The notes beneath the pieces were generated by a model, which saw only the letters and a program-made list of their open reading frames with translations, had not been told where the DNA came from and searched no databases. Shown one piece after another: positions 60,663 to 64,000 of a DNA stretch of 64,000 nucleotides (its first letter is position 1; each line of letters begins with the position of its first letter). The stretch is taken from assembly GCA_001662655.1 (NCBI GenBank), contig KV460228.1; one strand, given 5' to 3'. Both the position numbers and the translations under genes were made by a program. This DNA is from Pseudogymnoascus verrucosus (Eukaryota).

Positions 60663-63600
60663 TGTAGTATACGATTGGGCTTGCTTTTTTCCTTTGTTTG
60701 GTGGGTGAATAGGGGGTCGGGGGCTTGGGTCCGGTGTTTTACGGGCTGTCTAAGCCGTCGTCACTCTCTACTATGACTTTTCTATGCCGATTTTGATATT
60801 TTTTACAATGTATCTATCCTCTGGTGAGGTTTAGGGATGATATATCCAATCGCTAAATTTATATACTTGAAATTTGAAATAACGATAATAAATCATGACA
60901 TGTAATAAAACTCAGGTGCAATGTTGGCTATGGTCTATTTCCGTGGACGGATACAGAGCAAAGCAACTATGTGAATGTGAATATGGCGTTTGTTTACTTA
61001 CCTCGGATTCCCTATGAACGAAGGCATTAACTCATCATATCCCCCTTTTTTGATTTTATACTAATTATTGCACAATATACAATTGGAATGCCCTTGATGG
61101 GTAGAATATTAAACTAAGCGCCCGGTCGATCGCATTTGCTGAGAACCAAGAGCTTGCAACGGAATATGCACCAAGAAACTATGGTCTGAAATCTGCCTTG
61201 TAACCCTTTGCTATGTAATAAGCGTGGAAGTCGAAACAAGAACCCGTGGAAAGCAAATGGAGACTGTTGTCACCGTGGTATGATGCTGTCACCAATCAAG
61301 TCTCTGTCGTCGTGATATACTCCTGTTGCCATTACTGGTATAGGTCATCCAGCGTCTCTTTCCTGCAATCGGTACGTGGAGCTACAGGTATTATACGTCG
61401 AGCCATCTGCGAGGGGGACGACAGCAGTACATTTGTTGCATGTATGCCTAGGATTCCTCATTAGAATATTCCGTGAACCCAAATCTTCCTCATCATCATG
61501 TATAGGTCTAGCTGACACCATCCATGGGCAAATACTGTATTATCGACTCGTGAGGGACTCATAGTGTGATTCATCCCAAGGCAGCAGTGACAACTCTTCA
61601 CACATACCCAATTGTAAATATTCTAGATGACTGGATTTTTTTTTATAAAAACGGTCTCAAAATGAGTATGACTACCAAAATATAAATCTAACTGTCATAC
61701 TCACTTCTATATGAGTCTTCGGAGGCAATCAGCCCCCAGTGTCTCCAATAGGCAGCGCCTGAGCGACGGCGACGTAACACACGATCCTAACCATTCGAGC
61801 ACCACCCTCAGCCCACGACCCCTCACCACCCTCACACCCCACCACTAAACCCATCCCAGAGCCGCCCCTAAAAATGTCCGCATCAACACTCCCTTACGCG
61901 ACATCAACAAAACCCCAAATCGAACACTTCACGACTTTCCCTAGCGCACTTGACATCAACAAGCTCTAGCCAGGCACACACCACAACCCCGCCACACACA
62001 CGCCCGTGGTCACATCACCGCGCGGCCGCGGCGTCGCGCTCCATGAAACCGGAACATGTGTCATAGCTCTGGTGGTGGTGGGGCAGTTTTGGGCAGTTCG
62101 GACGATTGGCGAGGGGCGGCGGCGGCTGTGGTAGGGCGAGGCGAGGGAAATTTCCTTATCGATTGTGGATGATGCATGAGGGAGGGGCGTGCGGGCGTGA
62201 CTTACCTGGGCGCCGCGGAGTGGTTTCTGTCCTCTCCTGATTCAGAGGGGAACGGAGGGGAGAAACATGGGATTCTTGTGAATTCGAGGGGAAGGCGCCG
62301 AGAGGAGCGGTCATCTGGGGAAGGGTGAGGGTGAGAGTGATCTTCGGTGAGCTACTAGAGTAGGGAGGTGGAAGGGTATGGTTGGGGATAGAAGCTAGGT
62401 GTTGATCTACGCCTTCATGATATTACCCGGACCATAGTAAATGATGATGGACTGATCATGGAAGGAGTAATTGAGGGGACGACAGTGTACGGATCACCAC
62501 GTAGGCGTCCTTGTGGTGGTGAGTGCTTCTGTATGGACGCGGAGGAATCGAGCGTCTCCTCCACGAAGAGGTGTGTGACGTGACGCCGAATGCACGAGAG
62601 AGGGGAAATTGGCGTTGAAACGGGTCGGTGGACAGAGAAACGGCAAGGGGGTACATGGTCCGGCGTATCGTGATACGTATGGAGGGTATGTATAGTAACA
62701 TTCTACTGCACTCCTCTGCACCGTAGGGTAAGGAGTGGCATGATAACCCTGTGGCTTGTCGTGTGCACGAACAGCTGAGACACAATGGAGAAATGGAGAT
62801 ATTTTGAATAATTACTGTGCAGGATGCAATGTCGGCGTCCGAGTGTTTCAAGAGAGTTCAAATATCCTTTTTTGCTATGATATGGCTATAGTAGAAGCCG
62901 TAAATCAGTTCCGTACAGTACAGATTGTACTAGACTGTCAAAAATCAACTTGCAGGCGTTGGGAAAAGGCCAGCAACTAGGCAAGTTAGAGTTTTGGCGG
63001 TGAAGAGGCGATAAGACCCAATCAGGCGGCTCCAGGCGGGGGTGAAAACGAAAAGTCAACGACAAATGTACCAAATGTACCCAATTAACCTCTGCCGCCC
63101 CCCCAACTCTACCAAATATACCAGAATGTACCCATGTACCACCATAAGCGAAGAATTATTCATACTGGTCCAGCTCCACCCTGACGAACTTCTTCCCTTC
63201 TCTCCCTTCCCTTCCCCTCCTTCTTCCATAACCACCAATTCCCATTCCTAAACCCAAGACAACGAAGTCGAACTAAATAATCTTAAAGATTACACCCTCA
63301 ACTTATACTCTTCGTCAAGAATCATGCCGCAGGCTATCGCTGAGCTGTGAACGCCCACTGCGGGCATGCTCGATCGGAGCGTGTCCGCAGTCCTTCAGCC
63401 ACCGAGACATTCAATCACTATTCGATATTTGACGAAGATAACAGACTTTTACCTGTCTACAAGCCTCAGAGCGGCTTACGTCTGAACAAGAGTCTATTTT
63501 ACTACAATTACCAAACTCGAGCCCTGCTCGCCCCGAGTCCGCATAGTTCACCGTTTCCCCCCCCTCCGACTTCGACTCTCACACCCCGCACCACCTCGAC

Positions 63601-63825
63601 TCCTCAACCACACCTACAGTCGAGTCTCTTCTCACTCCCTAATACCACACTATACACCTCATATCCGCATTCTACAATCACCTACTGCAAGATTTCTTGC
63701 CTTTACCAGCTACAATATTAGACCATTCAACTGTCCAAACAGATTCACCGCTACTTTTGCAACCTGTATATTGCATACAGCAAACCCTAATCAAACCTTA
63801 TATATTCGCACAAAAATTAGACATA

Positions 63826-64000
63826 ATGTCTCGAAACGTTCGCCAAAGGCCGAACACTTCCCATACGGGCCAGAAGACGCCCAAGCGTTCCCGGAATAAC
63901 CTCACATCGGACGAAGACGACGACTACTCTGGCGTCGATCTCATCAGCGACACAGAAGAAGATGAGCCAGATGTGGAGGTGGCTGAGGAACAAGCAATCA
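63826..64000 (+). CDS. 5' end of an acidic hypothetical protein, truncated by the window edge
   Basis: Open frame MSRNVRQRPNTSHTGQKTPKRSRNNLTSDEDDDYSGVDLISDTEEDEPDVEVAEEQAI... after a long CT-rich leader. Confidence 0.7.
   Translation, partial: MSRNVRQRPNTSHTGQKTPKRSRNNLTSDEDDDYSGVDLISDTEEDEPDVEVAEEQAI

Noticed and set aside
62200..62211. ACTTACCTGG resembling the 5' end of U1 snRNA
   Set aside because: No U1 stem-loop motifs or Sm site follow; it is better explained as a minus-strand splice donor.
1..64000. Transposons, tRNA/rRNA genes, CRISPR arrays and PKS/NRPS backbone genes
   Set aside because: No transposase, RT or tyrosine-recombinase motifs, cloverleafs, rDNA, repeat-spacer arrays or megasynthase domains seen; the short rRNA matches are snoRNA guides.

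Overview
Intron-rich filamentous ascomycete DNA (GT-AG introns with CTRAC branch sites; Leotiomycete-like by inference only), with three short N gaps near the start. About 23 protein genes are readable, several missed or fragmented by the ORF track: two PTH11-like membrane proteins, GH16, PL3 pectate lyase, OPT transporter, BBE-type FAD oxidase, hybrid histidine kinase, Grg1, CalB-like lipase, kinesin, Ish1, P450 and a 3'-5' exonuclease. Two loci stand out. (1) An ORF-free minus-strand locus at about 57.98-58.77 kb is a box C/D snoRNA cluster (snR41-snR70-snR51 order, identified by rRNA-complementary guides). Each snoRNA sits in its own intron, the introns abut with zero-length exons (AG|GT), and snR51 is itself interrupted by a 54-nt spliceosomal intron that must be removed to join its 18S guide to box D. 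(2) A five-gene cluster at 30.9-43.7 kb (MFS transporter, GH88, Zn2Cys6 TF, DUF2264/GH154, secreted PL26 lyase) looks like a fungal polysaccharide-utilisation locus for uronic-acid glycans. All family and rRNA-target calls come from motif recall, not database searches.
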